Source: Stegostoma tigrinum
Lineage: Eukaryota
Direction: 5' to 3'
Length of the DNA stretch: 64,000 nucleotides
NCBI RefSeq assembly: GCF_030684315.1
Contig: NC_081357.1
Coordinates: 66,389,517-66,453,516 of the forward strand
The position numbers and the translations under genes are program-made. A model generated the notes under the pieces. It made no database searches and was not told where the DNA came from. It saw only the letters and a list, made by a program, of their open reading frames with translations. The number at the start of each line of letters is the position of its first letter. The first letter of the stretch is position 1. This document shows positions 25,440 through 38,023 of this stretch, piece after piece.

Positions 25440-25750
25440 CATAGAGAGCTTGGAGTGCAGGTTCACAATTCCTTGCAAGTGGAGTCACAGGTATTCAAGA
25501 TAGTGAAGAAGGTGTTTGGTAGCATGCCTTTATTGGTCAGTGCATTAAATATAAGAGCTGGGAGGTCATGTTGCAGCTGTACAGGGCATTGGCTAGGCTT
25601 CTTTTGGAATACTGCATTCAATTCTAGTCTCCCTGCAATTGGAAAAATGTTGTGACACTTAAAAGGGTTCAGAAAAGATATGCAAGAATGTCACCAGGGT
25701 TGGAGGATTTGACCTATAGGGGGAGGATGAATAGGCTGGGGCTATTTTGC
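25440..25750 (+). mobile_element. CR1 LINE fragment
   Basis: LGVQVHNSLQVESQV.KIVKK.FG..; EYCIQF.SP; KRVQKR..RMSPGLEDLTY. Confidence 0.85.
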
Positions 25751-25784
25751 CTGCATTATCAAGATTAATCAAAAACCAATCATG

Positions 25785-26765
25785 ACAGAGACAAAAACAG
25801 AATTGCTGGAAAAGTTCATTAGGTCTGGCAGCCACTCTGAAGAAAAATCAATATTAATGTTTCGGGTCCAGTGACCCTTGCTCAGAGCTAATGGTAGCCA
25901 GGAAAATGTTGGTTTATATGTAGAAAATAGGGTGGGGGGGGCAGGGATAAGAATAAACGCTAGGTAGGGATAGAGCCCAAAGAGAGCGAAGATAGTTGGG
26001 TAGACAATGGTGTTAATAATGATCTAGCTATGAGAGTGGATGGTTGTTAATAGGGACTGTTACTGTCTGACAACAGATAGTGTGTAATGGCAGACTATGT
26101 GATAACAAGGCCTGGTGTGTGGCGGAGGGGGCTAAGACATGGGAGAGGTTAAGCCCTAAAATTATCGATCTTGATATTGAGTCTGGAGGGCTGCGGGGTC
26201 CCCAAGCTTGATTTGAGCTTCACTAGAACACTCCAGCAATTCAGAGACAAAGATGTTGGCTAGGGAACAGGGTGGTGTGTTAAAGTGGCAAGCAACAGGT
26301 AGTTCATGATTTTTTTTTGCAGGCAAGATGTGGGCCACCCAGTCTATGCTCCGTTTCTCCAATGTAGAGGAGATCATATTGTGAGCAGCAAATGCAGTGG
26401 ATTAGATTGTGGGAAGTGCAGGTAGAGCGGTGCTTTACCTGGAAGCTATGCTTGGGCCCTAGGATACTGTGGAGGGAGAAGGTAAATGGGCAGGTGTTAC
26501 TCCGTCAGCAGTTGCAGGGCAAAGCACTGTGGGGCTGTGGGGTGTGTTGGAGGTAAAGGAAGAGTGGACCAGGGTGTCCTGGAGGGAATAGTCCCTGTGG
26601 AAGGTGGATAGGGGAGAAAATCGGAATATGTCTGGACATGACATCTTGCTGGAGGTGATAGAAACAGCATCTCATGCTCTTGTGGATGTGGATGCTGGTG
26701 GGATGGTGGCTGAGGACAAGGGGACTCTATCACTGTTGTGGGAAGGAAGAGAGGCGGTTAGTGCT
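25785..26765 (-). mobile_element. Older Neptune-type Penelope 3' part (GIY-YIG remnant)
   Basis: Minus strand: FHRDYSLQDTLVHS..., ELPVACHFNTPPCSLANI. Terminal arm with a decayed hammerhead at about 25855-25887. Confidence 0.85.
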
Positions 26766-26769
26766 GGCT

Positions 26770-28917
26770 CAGGGCTGCACAACTCCGCAGTTCCATTTAT
26801 CCTCCAGCTCATTTGTCATGCTAACAAGAAACGTTTTTTTCCTTTCAAGCATCAAGGCCCACATGATGCAACAGCTTGGAGTACCCACAGCCCTCTGGAA
26901 CCTTCCTCTCCTCCCCTTTCCTCTGACTCCACCCTCTTCTCCAACCCCGCCTCCTGTCGGGTATTCACCATCCATCCTAACCTTCCGCTCTCTAATGCTG
27001 AATGTTCTGTACTCAAGAAAGATCTCAGCTTGGAGTCTCCACTCCAAATTGTGGGAACGACATGACATCGAACTCTTCTTCTATTGTCTTTGCCTCCATG
27101 CTCATGTCTATGGCCAAGAGACCTCTCCCTGTCCCACAGACCCCTTCACCCAGTTCCAATGATCTCCCTCCACCTGGACGGTTCCCTCTGGCCTTTTGCA
27201 TGCACTTGATTTGTTTATTGAGAATTGTTGATGTGACATTGGTCACCTCAATTCCTCTGCCCTCACCCTCACCCAATCCTTCCGAACTGACTGCACTCTG
27301 TGCGCTTAGCTCCAACCCTGACCTAGTTATTAAGGCTGCTGATTAGGGTGGTGCTGTTGTAGTCTGGCGCACTGACCTCTACATTGCAGAGCTGAGCGCC
27401 AGCTCTCAGATACCTCCTCCTAACTTCCCCTGGACCATGACCCCACTATGGCATGTCAGGCCATTATATCCACTACGGTAACTGACCTCATTTTGTCTGA
27501 TGACCTCCCCCTCACTGCCTCAAAGCTGATGGTCCCCCTTCCCCACACAACTCGCTCCCACCTCCTTACAAATATCCACAAACAAGACTATCCCGGCAGT
27601 CCCATTGTTTCAGCCTGCTCCTGCCCCACAGAACTCATCTCCTCCTACCTTGACTCAGTCTTTTTTCCCCTGGTCCAATCCCTACCCACATATAGCTGTG
27701 ATTCCCCTCACACTTTAAGCCAGTTTCAGAATTTCCAGTTTGCAGGTTCCAGCCACCTCCTCTTTACCATGGATGAATAATCCCTTTATGCATCCATTCC
27801 CCACCAGGAGGGCCTTAGGACTCTCCGCTTCTTTCTGGAGCAAAGCCCTGAACCATCTCCATCCACCACCACCCTCCATTTCTTAGACAAGCTCGTTCTC
27901 GGCGTCAACAACTTCCCTTTTAACTCCTCTCATTTTCATCAGGTAAGAGGGGTGGCCATGGGTACCCGCATGGGCCCCAGCTATGCCTTTCTCTTCATGG
28001 GGTACGTGGAACATTCCTTGTTCCAGTCCCATTCCGGCCCCCACCCACAACTCATTCTCTGAAATATTGATGACATCAATGGTGTTACTTTCCTCTCTTG
28101 TCTGGAACTGGAAAAGTTCATTGATTTCCATTTCTGGGGATAGACGAGCCAATAATATCCACTATAAACCCACTGACTCCCACAGCTACCTGGATGACAC
28201 CTCCTCACACCCTGCCTCCTGTAAAGACACCATCCCATTCTCTCAGTTCCTCCATCTCTGTCACATATGTTCAGACGACGCCAAGGGAGCCTCTGAAATG
28301 TCCACCTTCTTCCTCAACTGAGGATTCCCCAGCACCTTTATCAACAGGGGCCTCAAATGAGTCTGACCTGTCTCCTGCACTTCTACCGTCACCCCTTCTC
28401 TTCCCTCCCACAACAGTGATAGGGTTCCTCTTGTCCCTACCTATCGCCCCACCAACATCTACTTCCAGAAGATCATCAGGTGCCATTTTTGCCCCCGCTA
28501 GTGAGATGCCACCACCAGACACATGTTCCCCTCCTCTCCCCTGTCCACTTTCTGCAGGGACCATTGCCTCTAGGACACCCTGCTTCCTTCACTCCCAACA
28601 AACACACCCGTCAGCCCCATGGCACCTTCCCCTGCAACCACTGAAGGTGTGACACCTGCCCATTTACCTCTTCCCTCCCCAGTATACAAGGGCCCAAACA
28701 TACCTTCCAGGTGAAGCAGCACTATAACTGCATTTCCCACAAGCTAGTCTACTGCATTCGCTGCTCACAGTGTGGTCTCCTCTACAGTGGGGAAACAAAG
28801 CGGAGACTGGGTGACCACTTTGCAGAACATCTACGTTCTGTCTGAAAAAAAATCCTGAACTTCCAGTTGCCTGCCACTTTAACACACCACCCTGTTCCCT
28901 GGCCAACATCTCTGTCT
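26770..28917 (+). mobile_element. Older Neptune-type Penelope element (RT and GIY-YIG), degenerate
   Basis: LSNAECSVLKK.L, LSSNPDLVIKAAD.GGAVVVW, IHKQDYPGSPIVSACSCPTE, LFTMD, GVAMGTRMGPSYA, HYKPTDSHSYL, Y.GETKRRLG. Forms an inverted pair with 25785-26765. Confidence 0.9.
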
Positions 28918-31385
28918 TAGGGGTAATAGGAACTGCCAATGCTGGAGAATCTGAGACAACAAGGTGCAGAGCTACATGAACACAGCAGGACAAGCAGCAT
29001 CAGAGGAGCAGGAAAGCTGATGTTTCGGGTCTAGACCCTTCTTCAGAAATGGGGTAGGGGAAGGGGATTCTGAAATAAATAAGGAGAAAGGGGGAATGGG
29101 GTAGAAGATGGATAAAGGAGAGGTTAGGTGGACTAGACCTTCTTCAGAAATGGGGTAGGGGAAGGGGATTCTGAAATAAATAAGAAGAAAGGGGGAGTGG
29201 GGTAGAAGATGGATAAAGGAGAGGTTAGGTGGAGAGGAGACAGACAGGTCAAGGAGGCGGGAATGGAGCCAGTAAAGGTGAGTCTAGGTGAGGCGTTAAG
29301 GCAGGGATAGGTCAGTTCAGGGAGAACGGACAGGTCAAGGAGGCGGGATGAGGCTACTAGGTAGGAGATGAGGGTGGGGCTTGAGGTGGGAGGAGTGGAG
29401 AGGTGGAAGGACAGGGTAGGGAGGCTGGGATGAGCTGGGCTGGTTTTGTGATGCAGAGGGGGAAGGGGAGATTTTGAAGCTTTTGAAGTCCACATTGATA
29501 CCATTGGGCTGCAGGGTTCCCAAGTGAAATATGAAATGCTGTTTCTGCAACCTTTGGGTAGCATCGTTGTGGCACTGCAGGAGGCCAATGATGGACATGC
29601 CGTCTAAGGAGTGGGAGGGGGAGTTGAAATGGTTCACGACTGCGAGATGCAGTTGTTTGTTGTGAACTGAGCGTAGGTGTTCTGCAAAGTGGTCCCCAAG
29701 CGTCTGCTTGGTTTCCCCAATGTAGAGGAGGCCACATCAGAAACAGTGGATACAGTATACCACGTTAGTAGATGTGCAGGTGAACATCTGCTTGATGTGG
29801 AAGGTCTTCTTGGGGCCTGGGATGGGGGTGAGGGAGGAGGTGTATGGCAGGTGTGGCACTTCCTGCAGTTGCAGGGAAAAGTGCCGGGTGTGGTGGGGCT
29901 GGAGGGGAGTGTGGAGTGAACAAAGGAATCACAGAGAGAGTGATCCCTCTGGAAAGCAGATAAGGGTGGGGAGGGAAAAATGTCTTTGCTGGTATGGTTG
30001 AATTGCAGATGGCGGAAGTGTCGGAGGATGATGTGTTGGATCTGGAGATTGGTGGGGTGGTACACGAGGATGAGAGGGATCTGTTTTGGTTATTATTGCG
30101 TGGGGTTTGTGTGGGATGAGTTGCGAGAAATGTGACCGAGACAGTTAAGCGTGTTTTTGACCATTGTGGAGGAGAATTTGCAGTCCTTGAAAAATGAGGA
30201 CATCTGGGATGTCTGGGAGTGGAATGTCTCATCTTGGGAGCAGATGCGGCAGAGGCGAAGGAATTGGGAATGGGGGATGGCCTTTTTGCAGGAAGATGGG
30301 TGAGAGGAGGTTTACTCTAGGTAGCTGTGGGAGTTGATAGGCTTGAAATGGGTATCGGTTTCTAGGTGGTTGCCAGAGACGGAAGTAGCGAGGTCCAGGA
30401 AGAAGAGAGAGGTTTCGGAGATGGTCCAGATGAACTTAAGGTTGGGGTGGAAGGTGTTAGTAAAGTGCATGAACCATGTGACCTCCTCGTGGGAGCATGA
30501 GGCAGTGCCAATATGGACATAGATGTAAAGGAGGAAGAGGTGGGGGATAGGGCCAGTGTAGCTTTGGAAAAGGGACAGTTCCACGCAGCCTACAAAGAGG
30601 CAGGCATAGCTTCAGCCCATGCAGGTACCAATGTCCACCCCCTTTATCTGTAGGAAGTGGGGGGAATTGAAAGAGAAGTTGTTGAGGGTGAGGACAAGTT
30701 TGGCTAAGCAGATAAGGTTGTCACTGGAGGCGGAGCTCGTCAGGCCTGTGGGACAGGAAGAAGCAGAGGGCCTTGAAGCCATCTGCATGGGGAATGCAGG
30801 TGTATAGGGACTGGACGTCCATGGTAAAGATGATGTGTTAGGGAGCCAGGGAATAGGAAGTTTTGGAGGAGGTGGAGGGTGTGGGTGGTGCATGGCCATA
30901 GGTTGGGAGTTCCTGGACCAAGGGGGAAAAAAATGGAGTCTAGATAAGTAGAGATAAGTTCGGTGGGGCAGGAGCAAGTGGAGACAATGGGTTGACCAGG
31001 GCAGTCAGGTTTGTGGATTTTGGGAAGGAGATAGACGCGGGCGGTGCGAGGTTGGGGAACAATGAGTTTAGAGGCTGTGGGTGGGAGGTCACCTGAGGTA
31101 ATGAGTTTGTGGATGGTTTGGGAGATGATGTTTTGGTGATCCGGGGTGTGGTCATGATCAAGGGGGTGGTAGGAGGAGTTGTCGGAGAGTTGCCATCTGG
31201 CCTCAGCGATGTAGAGGTCAGTGTGCTATACTACAACTGCGCCTCCCTTGTCTGCAGGTTTTATGGTGAGGTTGGGATTGGAGCGGAAGGAGCGGAGGGC
31301 TGCACATCCTTTGGGGGAAAGGTTGGAGTGGGTGCAAAGGCTGAAGACGTTGAGGCGATTAATGTCCACATCACCCAGGCCAGGC
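28918..31385 (-). mobile_element. Neptune-type Penelope element, ~2.5 kb, degenerate
   Basis: Minus strand: SNPNLTIKPADKGGAVVV, RT motifs, HFNSPSHSL..GTLQPNGINVDF, hammerhead core near 29018-29046 and terminal tail at 28920-28952. About 102-bp tandem duplication at 29031-29234. Confidence 0.92.
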
Positions 31386-31758
31386 ACCAACTTTCCAAGA
31401 CATATCATGGTTTGCTTTTGGTTAATGAATTGCAGCCTATTTACATCCAAGTTAAAGCATGAAGAAGGAGTGCTTAGAGAAGCTTTATTCCTCAGAAGCA
31501 TTCTGGAGCATCTTGCTTTTTGTTGTTCAGCTTATTCATTGTCACACTTCAATTACCATTTGATACCTACAGTGGGTTTGATCGGCAGATATCTCTGACA
31601 ATCCTGACAACACAGGTCTTCGACCAATTGTAGTATCTTTTGGTTTGTCCAAGGGTCACCTGTTAGAGGTTTATGTGAGCCTTGTGTCTCTGTCTGCAGT
31701 CAGATTCTCAAATAGCCAGTACCACACTGGTTTGTATTATTTAAATTTCATGTTATCT

Positions 31759-33635
31759 AAGGTTGGAGTAAATCTGTAGCTTGAGTTGTGGGTGTTGAGG
31801 TTGGTCGGCTCGCCGAGCTACTTTGTTGTTCCGCAGATTTGTTTCATTACCATGCTTGGTAACATCCTCTGTGCAGCCTCTGATGAAGCATTGCTGTGTT
31901 TTCCTGCCTGGTTTTTAAACTCTGGGGTCCGTTGCAATGGATTGCCTCACTTCCAGGTTTTCACCATAGTGGAATGTATATGGGGTTGAGTTCAATGTGT
32001 TTATTAAAAGCATGCTTTGTGGAATGCCATGCTTCTAGAAATTCTCGTGCCTGTCTCTGCCTAGACTGTGCCGGGATCTTGGTGTTGTCCGAGTCAAAGT
32101 GGTGGATCTCCTTGTTCATGTAGACTGAGATGAGTGCGTATTGCTCATGTCCTCTTGTAGCCAGTTGCTGTTCATGTACTCTTGTTGTTAGTTTCCTTCC
32201 TGTTTTGCCGATGTAATGTTTCTCACAGTCTCTGCAGGGGATCTTGTAGATGACATTGGTCCTTTCCATGGCAGGGGGTGGGTCCTTAGTTCAGGTGGAC
32301 AGTTGTTGCAGGGTTGACTTGGACTTGTGTGCCACTCTGATGCACAGTGGTCATAGGAGTCTTGTGGTGAGTTCCGACGCGTTCCTGATGTAGGGTAGTG
32401 TGATGAGTGTGTAGGGGCATGTAGTCTCTTTCTGATGCTGTTCGTGTAGGCATCTTCTGTCCCAATTCTTTGGATATCCAGTATCCTTAAAAACCTGGAA
32501 GAGATTTTCTTCTTCCTCTTGGCATAGTTCTGTGTTGCTGCAGTGTGTTGTTGCCCTTTTAAATAGTATTCGCATGCAGCTTTGTGTGCGCTGGGATAGT
32601 TACTGTTGAAGTTCAGTACCTGGTCTGTGTGTGTGGCTTTTCTGTGTACTTTCATTTGCAGTTCCCCATTTGTCCTGCGCTCTACCGTGACACCCAGGAA
32701 TGGGAACTGTTTGTTCTTCTCCTCCTCTCTGTTGAATTTTATTCCGGTAAAGGTATTATTTGTAAGTTTGAAAGAGTTTAAAAACTTTCAAAAGTACACC
32801 AAAAAAGACACTCATGCAGACCATGTACTTAGCTTCAATTGTAACAATGCCAGCACACACAAATGAAGCTGCGTGCAAACACTATTTAAAAGGGCAACAA
32901 CACACGGCAGCAACACGGAACTATGCCAAGAGGAAGAAGAATACCTCTTCCAGATTTTCAAGGATACTGGATGTCCAAAGAGCTGTGTCAGGATGTGCCT
33001 ACACGAACAGCATCAGATCGATTCTCCATGTCCCAACACACTCATCACACTACCCTACATCAGGAACACACTGGAACTCACCACAAGGCTTATCAACCGT
33101 TGGGCATCAGAGTGGCACACAAGCCCACATCAAGCCTAGGACAAGTGCTCACCCGAACTAAAGAACCACTCCCCACCATGGACAGGGCCAACGTCATCTA
33201 CAAGGATCCCCTGCAGAAACTGTAAGAAGCACTACATCAGACAAACAGGAAGGAAAATAACAACAAGAATACATGAACACCAACTGGCTACAAAAAGGCA
33301 CGACCAATACTCACTCATCTCAATCCACATGGACAAGGAGAACCACGACTTTGACTGGGACAACACCAAACTCCTGGGACACGCGAGGCAGAGACAAGCA
33401 TGAAAATTCCTGAAAGCGTGGCACTCCACAAAGAATGCCATTAATAAACACATTGAACTCGACCCCACTTTGGAGGAAACCCGGAAGTGAGGCAATCCAT
33501 CGCAACGGACCCCAGATTTTAAAAACCAGGTGAGAAAACACACCAATGCTTCATCAGAGGCTGCACTGAGGATGTTACAAAGCATGGTAACGAAACGTCT
33601 GCGGAACAACAAACCAGCTCAGCGAGCCAACCAAC
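31759..33635. mobile_element. Poseidon-type Penelope foldback insertion (minus arm 31759-32760, plus arm 32793-33635)
   Basis: Both arms encode RKxTH.D.VL.FN..LFKRATTH and NVIYK.PC...HYI..TGRK (GIY-YIG without a Cys linker). TSD TTCATGTTAYCT at 31747-31758 and 33636-33647. Confidence 0.92.
33561..33604 (+). ncRNA. Minimal type I hammerhead ribozyme (Poseidon terminal repeat)
   Basis: CTGCA-CTGAGGA-T-GTTAC-aaagcatg-GTAAC-GAAAC-GTC-TGCGG: helix I CTGCA/TGCGG, helix II GTTAC/GTAAC, palindromic ACGT in place of helix III. Confidence 0.8.
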
Positions 33636-33672
33636 TTCATGTTACCTGACAAGCAGCATGAATTGTAGCATA

Positions 33673-35781
33673 GATAATAAAATGTGGGGCTGGATGAACA
33701 CAGCAGGCCAAGCAGCATCTCAGGAGCACAAAAGCTGACGTTTCGGGCCTCGACCCTTCATCAGAGAGGGAGATGGGGTGAGGGGTCTGGAATAAATAGG
33801 GAGAGAGGGGGAGGTGGACCGAAGATGGAGAGAAAAGAAGATAGGTGGAGAGAGTATAGGTGGGGAGGTAGGGAGGGGATAGATCAGTCCAGGGAAGACG
33901 GACAGGTCAAGGAGGTTGGATGAGGTTAGTAGGTAGATGGGGGTGCGGCTTGGGGTGGGAGGAAGGGATGGGTGAGAGGAAGAACAGGTTAGGGAGGCAG
34001 AGACAGGTTGGACTGGTTTTGGGATGCAGTGGGTGGAGGGGAAGAGCTGGGCTGGTTGTGTGGTGCAGTGGGGGGAGGGGACGAACTGGGTTGGTTTAGG
34101 GATGCAGTTGGGGAAGGGGAGATTTTGAAACTGGTGAAGTCCACATTGATACCATTAGGCTGCAGGTTCCCAGGCGGAATATGAGTTGCTGTTCCTGCAA
34201 CCTTCGGGTGGCATCATTGTGGCACTGCAGGAGGCCCATGATGGACAAGTCATCTAAAGAATGGGAGGGCGAGTGGAAATGGTTTGCGACTGGGAGGTGC
34301 AGTTGTTTGTTGCGAACTGAGCGGAGGTGTTCTGCAAAACGGTCTCCAAGCCTCTGCTTGGTTTCCCCAATGTAGAGGACTGATGTCCATTTCAAGCCCA
34401 CCGACTCCCACAGTAACCTAGAATACACCTCCTCCCACCCACCCTCCAGCAAAAATTCCATCCCCTATTCCCAATTCCTCCGCCTCCACCGCATCTGCTC
34501 CCACGATAAGACATTCCACTCCCACACATCCAGATGTCCAAGTTCTTCAAGGACCGCAACATTCCCCCCACAGTGATCGAGAATGCCCTTGACCGCGTCT
34601 CCAGCATTTCCCGCAACACATCCCTCACACCCCGCCCCCGCCACAACCGCCCAAAGAGGATCCCCCTCGTTCTCACACACCACCCCACCATCATCCGGAT
34701 ACACACACCACCCCACCAACCTCCGGATACAACGCATCATCCTCCGACACTTCCGCCATCTACAATCCGACCCGACCACCCAAGACATTTTCCATCCCCA
34801 CCCCTGTCTGCTTTCCAGAGAGACCCCTCTCTCCGTGACTCCCTTGTTCGCTCCACACTGCCCTCCAACCCCACCACACCCGGCACCTTCCCCTGCAACC
34901 GCAGGAAATGCTACACTTGCCCCCACACCTCCTCCCTCACCCCTATCCCAGGCCCCAAGATGACATTCCACATTAAGCAGAGGTTCACCTGCACATCTGC
35001 CAATGTGGTATACTGCATCCACTGTACCCGGTGTGGCTTCCTCTACATTGGGGAAACCAAGCGGAGGCTTGGAGACCGTTTTGCAGAACACCTCCGCTCA
35101 GTTCGCAACAAACAACTGCACCTCCCAGTCGCAAACCATTTCCACTCGCCCTCCCATTCTTTAGATGACATGTCCATCATGGGCCTCCTGCAGTGCCACA
35201 ATGATGCCACCCGAAGGTTGCAGGAACAGCAACTCATATTCCGCTTGGGAACCCTGCAGCCTAATGGTATCAATGTGGACTTCACCAGCTTCAAAATCTC
35301 CCCTTCCCCCACCGCATCCCTAAAGCAGCCCAGTTTGTCCCCTCCCCCCACTGCACCACACAACCAGCCCAGCTCTTCCCCTCCACCCACTGCATCCCAA
35401 AACCAGTCCAACCTGTCTCTGCCTCCCTAACCTGTTCTTCCTCTCACCCATCCCTTCCTCCCACCCCAAGCCGCACCTCCAGCTACCTACTAACCTCATC
35501 CCACCTCCTTGACCTGTCCGTCTTCCCTGGACTGACCTATCCCCTCCCTACCTCCCCACCTATACTCTCTCCACCTGTCTTCTTTTCTCTCCATCTTCGG
35601 TCCGCCTCCCCCTCTCTCCCTATTTATTCCAGAACCCTCACCCCATCCCCCTCTCTGATGAAGGGTCTAGGCCCGAAACGTCAGCTTTTGTGCTCCTGAG
35701 ATGCTGCTTGGCCTGCTGTGTTCATCCAGCCTCACATTTTATTATCTTGGATTCTCCAGCATCTGCAGTTCCCATTATCTC
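33673..35781. mobile_element. Young Neptune-type Penelope foldback insertion (minus arm 33673-34378, plus arm 34379-35781)
   Basis: Both arms carry the GIY-YIG end and 3' terminal region. ORF 34534-35430. TSD TGAATYGTAGCATA at 33659-33672 and 35782-35795. Confidence 0.95.
35651..35690 (+). ncRNA. Minimal hammerhead ribozyme core (Neptune terminal repeat); copies also at 16056 and 63302 (+) and near 33737 and 55367 (-)
   Basis: CTGATGA-A-GGGTC-TA-GGCCC-GAAAC-GTC. The core and helix II are clear, but helix I is only about 2 bp as read locally. Confidence 0.6.
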
Positions 35782-36767
35782 TGAATCGTAGCATATCATG
35801 GTGTGAAAAGTGAGTTTATGTTTTAAAGTCTATATTAAGAGTGATGGTTAGCAGCTCCCTTAGTATGTTGAATGTCAAGAAGGATCAAACAATATATGAG
35901 TTTCTGTTGTATATTATTGATTTTTTATTCGCTTCTGTCTGGGTCATAAACTACCTGTAGCAGAAATTATTCTCCATAATCCCTAGTAAAGCAGAATAAT
36001 AGAAGGATCATAATTCCCAGGGTTAAGGTACTCTTGAAAATAAACAACATAGAAATTTCACTCAACAACAAAATTCTGACATAGATGGGCTCAGAGAGTG
36101 TGAGAGTCAGAATTTATGGCCAGGTCCGTAACCGGGGTATTTAGGAGTAAAGATTTCTTATTAAACAATTTGAGGATATTTGCAATGGACGTCCTGAAGT
36201 ATCTTTGGCATAGATCTCATCTGCTGCAAACAGACACAGGTTCTGGACTTTGTGAAGACCCCAAATTTAATGCTGTAGCGAGACCAATATTCAAAAATAG
36301 ATTTACCAACATCGCATTACATAGAATATGCAACACAAAAATAATTGTTTCTGAGCTTAAGTATCTGATTTTAGCCAGGATCACCATATTAGATATGTAG
36401 CCACCAATGATAGGGATGGCACAGTTCATACGAACAGGTGTATATCTAACAATATGCCAGGAACCACAGCAAACAATCTCTGGAAGTAGAGTATTCCTTT
36501 CCAAAGTTCCATCTTCCCTCAAGCTCAAATCTGTCCTTCAGCTCTTCAAACTTAAATTATTCAATTATATCGTGGCAACCAACTTACTTATTGCTGTATA
36601 GGCCATGATACATTTAAGTAACAAATATGTGATAACGCTATACATTTAAATGTTTTTCTGTCAGTATTTTGGTATTTTCTCACTGAAACAAAGTGCAATT
36701 TGTTCACTCAAAACTAACTTTCAAAGAATTTAAGTGGCAGAATTTTGTCTTCTTGTAAACTTATGCA

Positions 36768-36868
36768 GGAGAACTGCAGCAGTTCAAGAAGGCAGCTCAC
36801 CACCACCTTCTCAAGGGCAACTAGGGATGGGCAAAAAATGCTGGCCAGCCCACATCCCACAAATGATT
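36768..36868 (+). mobile_element. CR1-group LINE/SINE 3' tail fragment
   Basis: ACTGCAGCAGTTCAAGAAGGCAGCTCACCACCACCTTCTCAAGGGCAACTAGGGATGGGCA..CCCACATCCC, recognised from memory as a common shark LINE end. Confidence 0.65.
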
Positions 36869-36948
36869 TTTTAAAAATGGAGTTTTACTAATTGCCAATG
36901 TTCACCACATTGTATCACAGGATACAATACATTTCAACATCATTTTAA

Positions 36949-37209
<261 letters not shown>

Positions 37210-38023
37210 TAACTTTATATAGCGGAAGTGTTTATTGTATAGATATTCTCCCATATACCCACTTTAAATTTCACAGGAAGATCACAGAAACCTTTGGAAA
37301 ATGTGAACACCATTTAGCACATTTTAATGGGGTTTCAGAACTTTTCCAGAAAAGCTACAGTAGGTGATGTGAAGAACTGCTATAGAGATTTGTGTGCATT
37401 GTCTTGGATTATGTAATGTAAGAAAATAATTAGTAGTAATGTTTTTCTTGTTAAGAAAGATGAAGAGTGAAGATTGTTGATATAGGACAATGGACAGTTG
37501 ATGAGATGTTTTTAAAAGTGCTATAAATCAAAAGTGACCACATGGCACCAAACCTGGGTTTTGAACCCATGCAGGTTGCAAAGGTAAGGAAATAGAGATT
37601 GGTAAGTGTATAGTTATGATGAATTGGGAAAGAGGAAAATGCAATCGGAAACTGTGTTGATGATGAGTCCATGATTATCCTTTATGTAATGAATTCCTTA
37701 CAAGTTGAGACTTGAATTCAAAATGCCCCATGGTGCCTTGGTGAAGTTGATATCACTAATATGGAACTTGCAGTAAGCAAAATATTGATGATTCTGATGC
37801 AGTAGAAGAACAACACTGCAGTTCTGGAAGCACATGAAACACTCCTTGAAGGGTAGAGACTGTGTCCAGGTGATGCTTTCAGTGTAAGTGTGAAGAGAGG
37901 AAAAAGCCAAGCTGCCTCACTTAACCAAGATACGTTTGAATTATTTCCCAGTGATTATTACAAGCTGCTTCATGATTTTTCAACTAAAGATCAGTGCCAC
38001 CATTCCTGCCTCCTCCATTACTT

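Noticed and set aside
36116-36601. Cluster of 64-103-aa ORFs upstream of the exon
   Set aside because: No recognisable motifs or convincing splice sites; consistent with chance ORFs.
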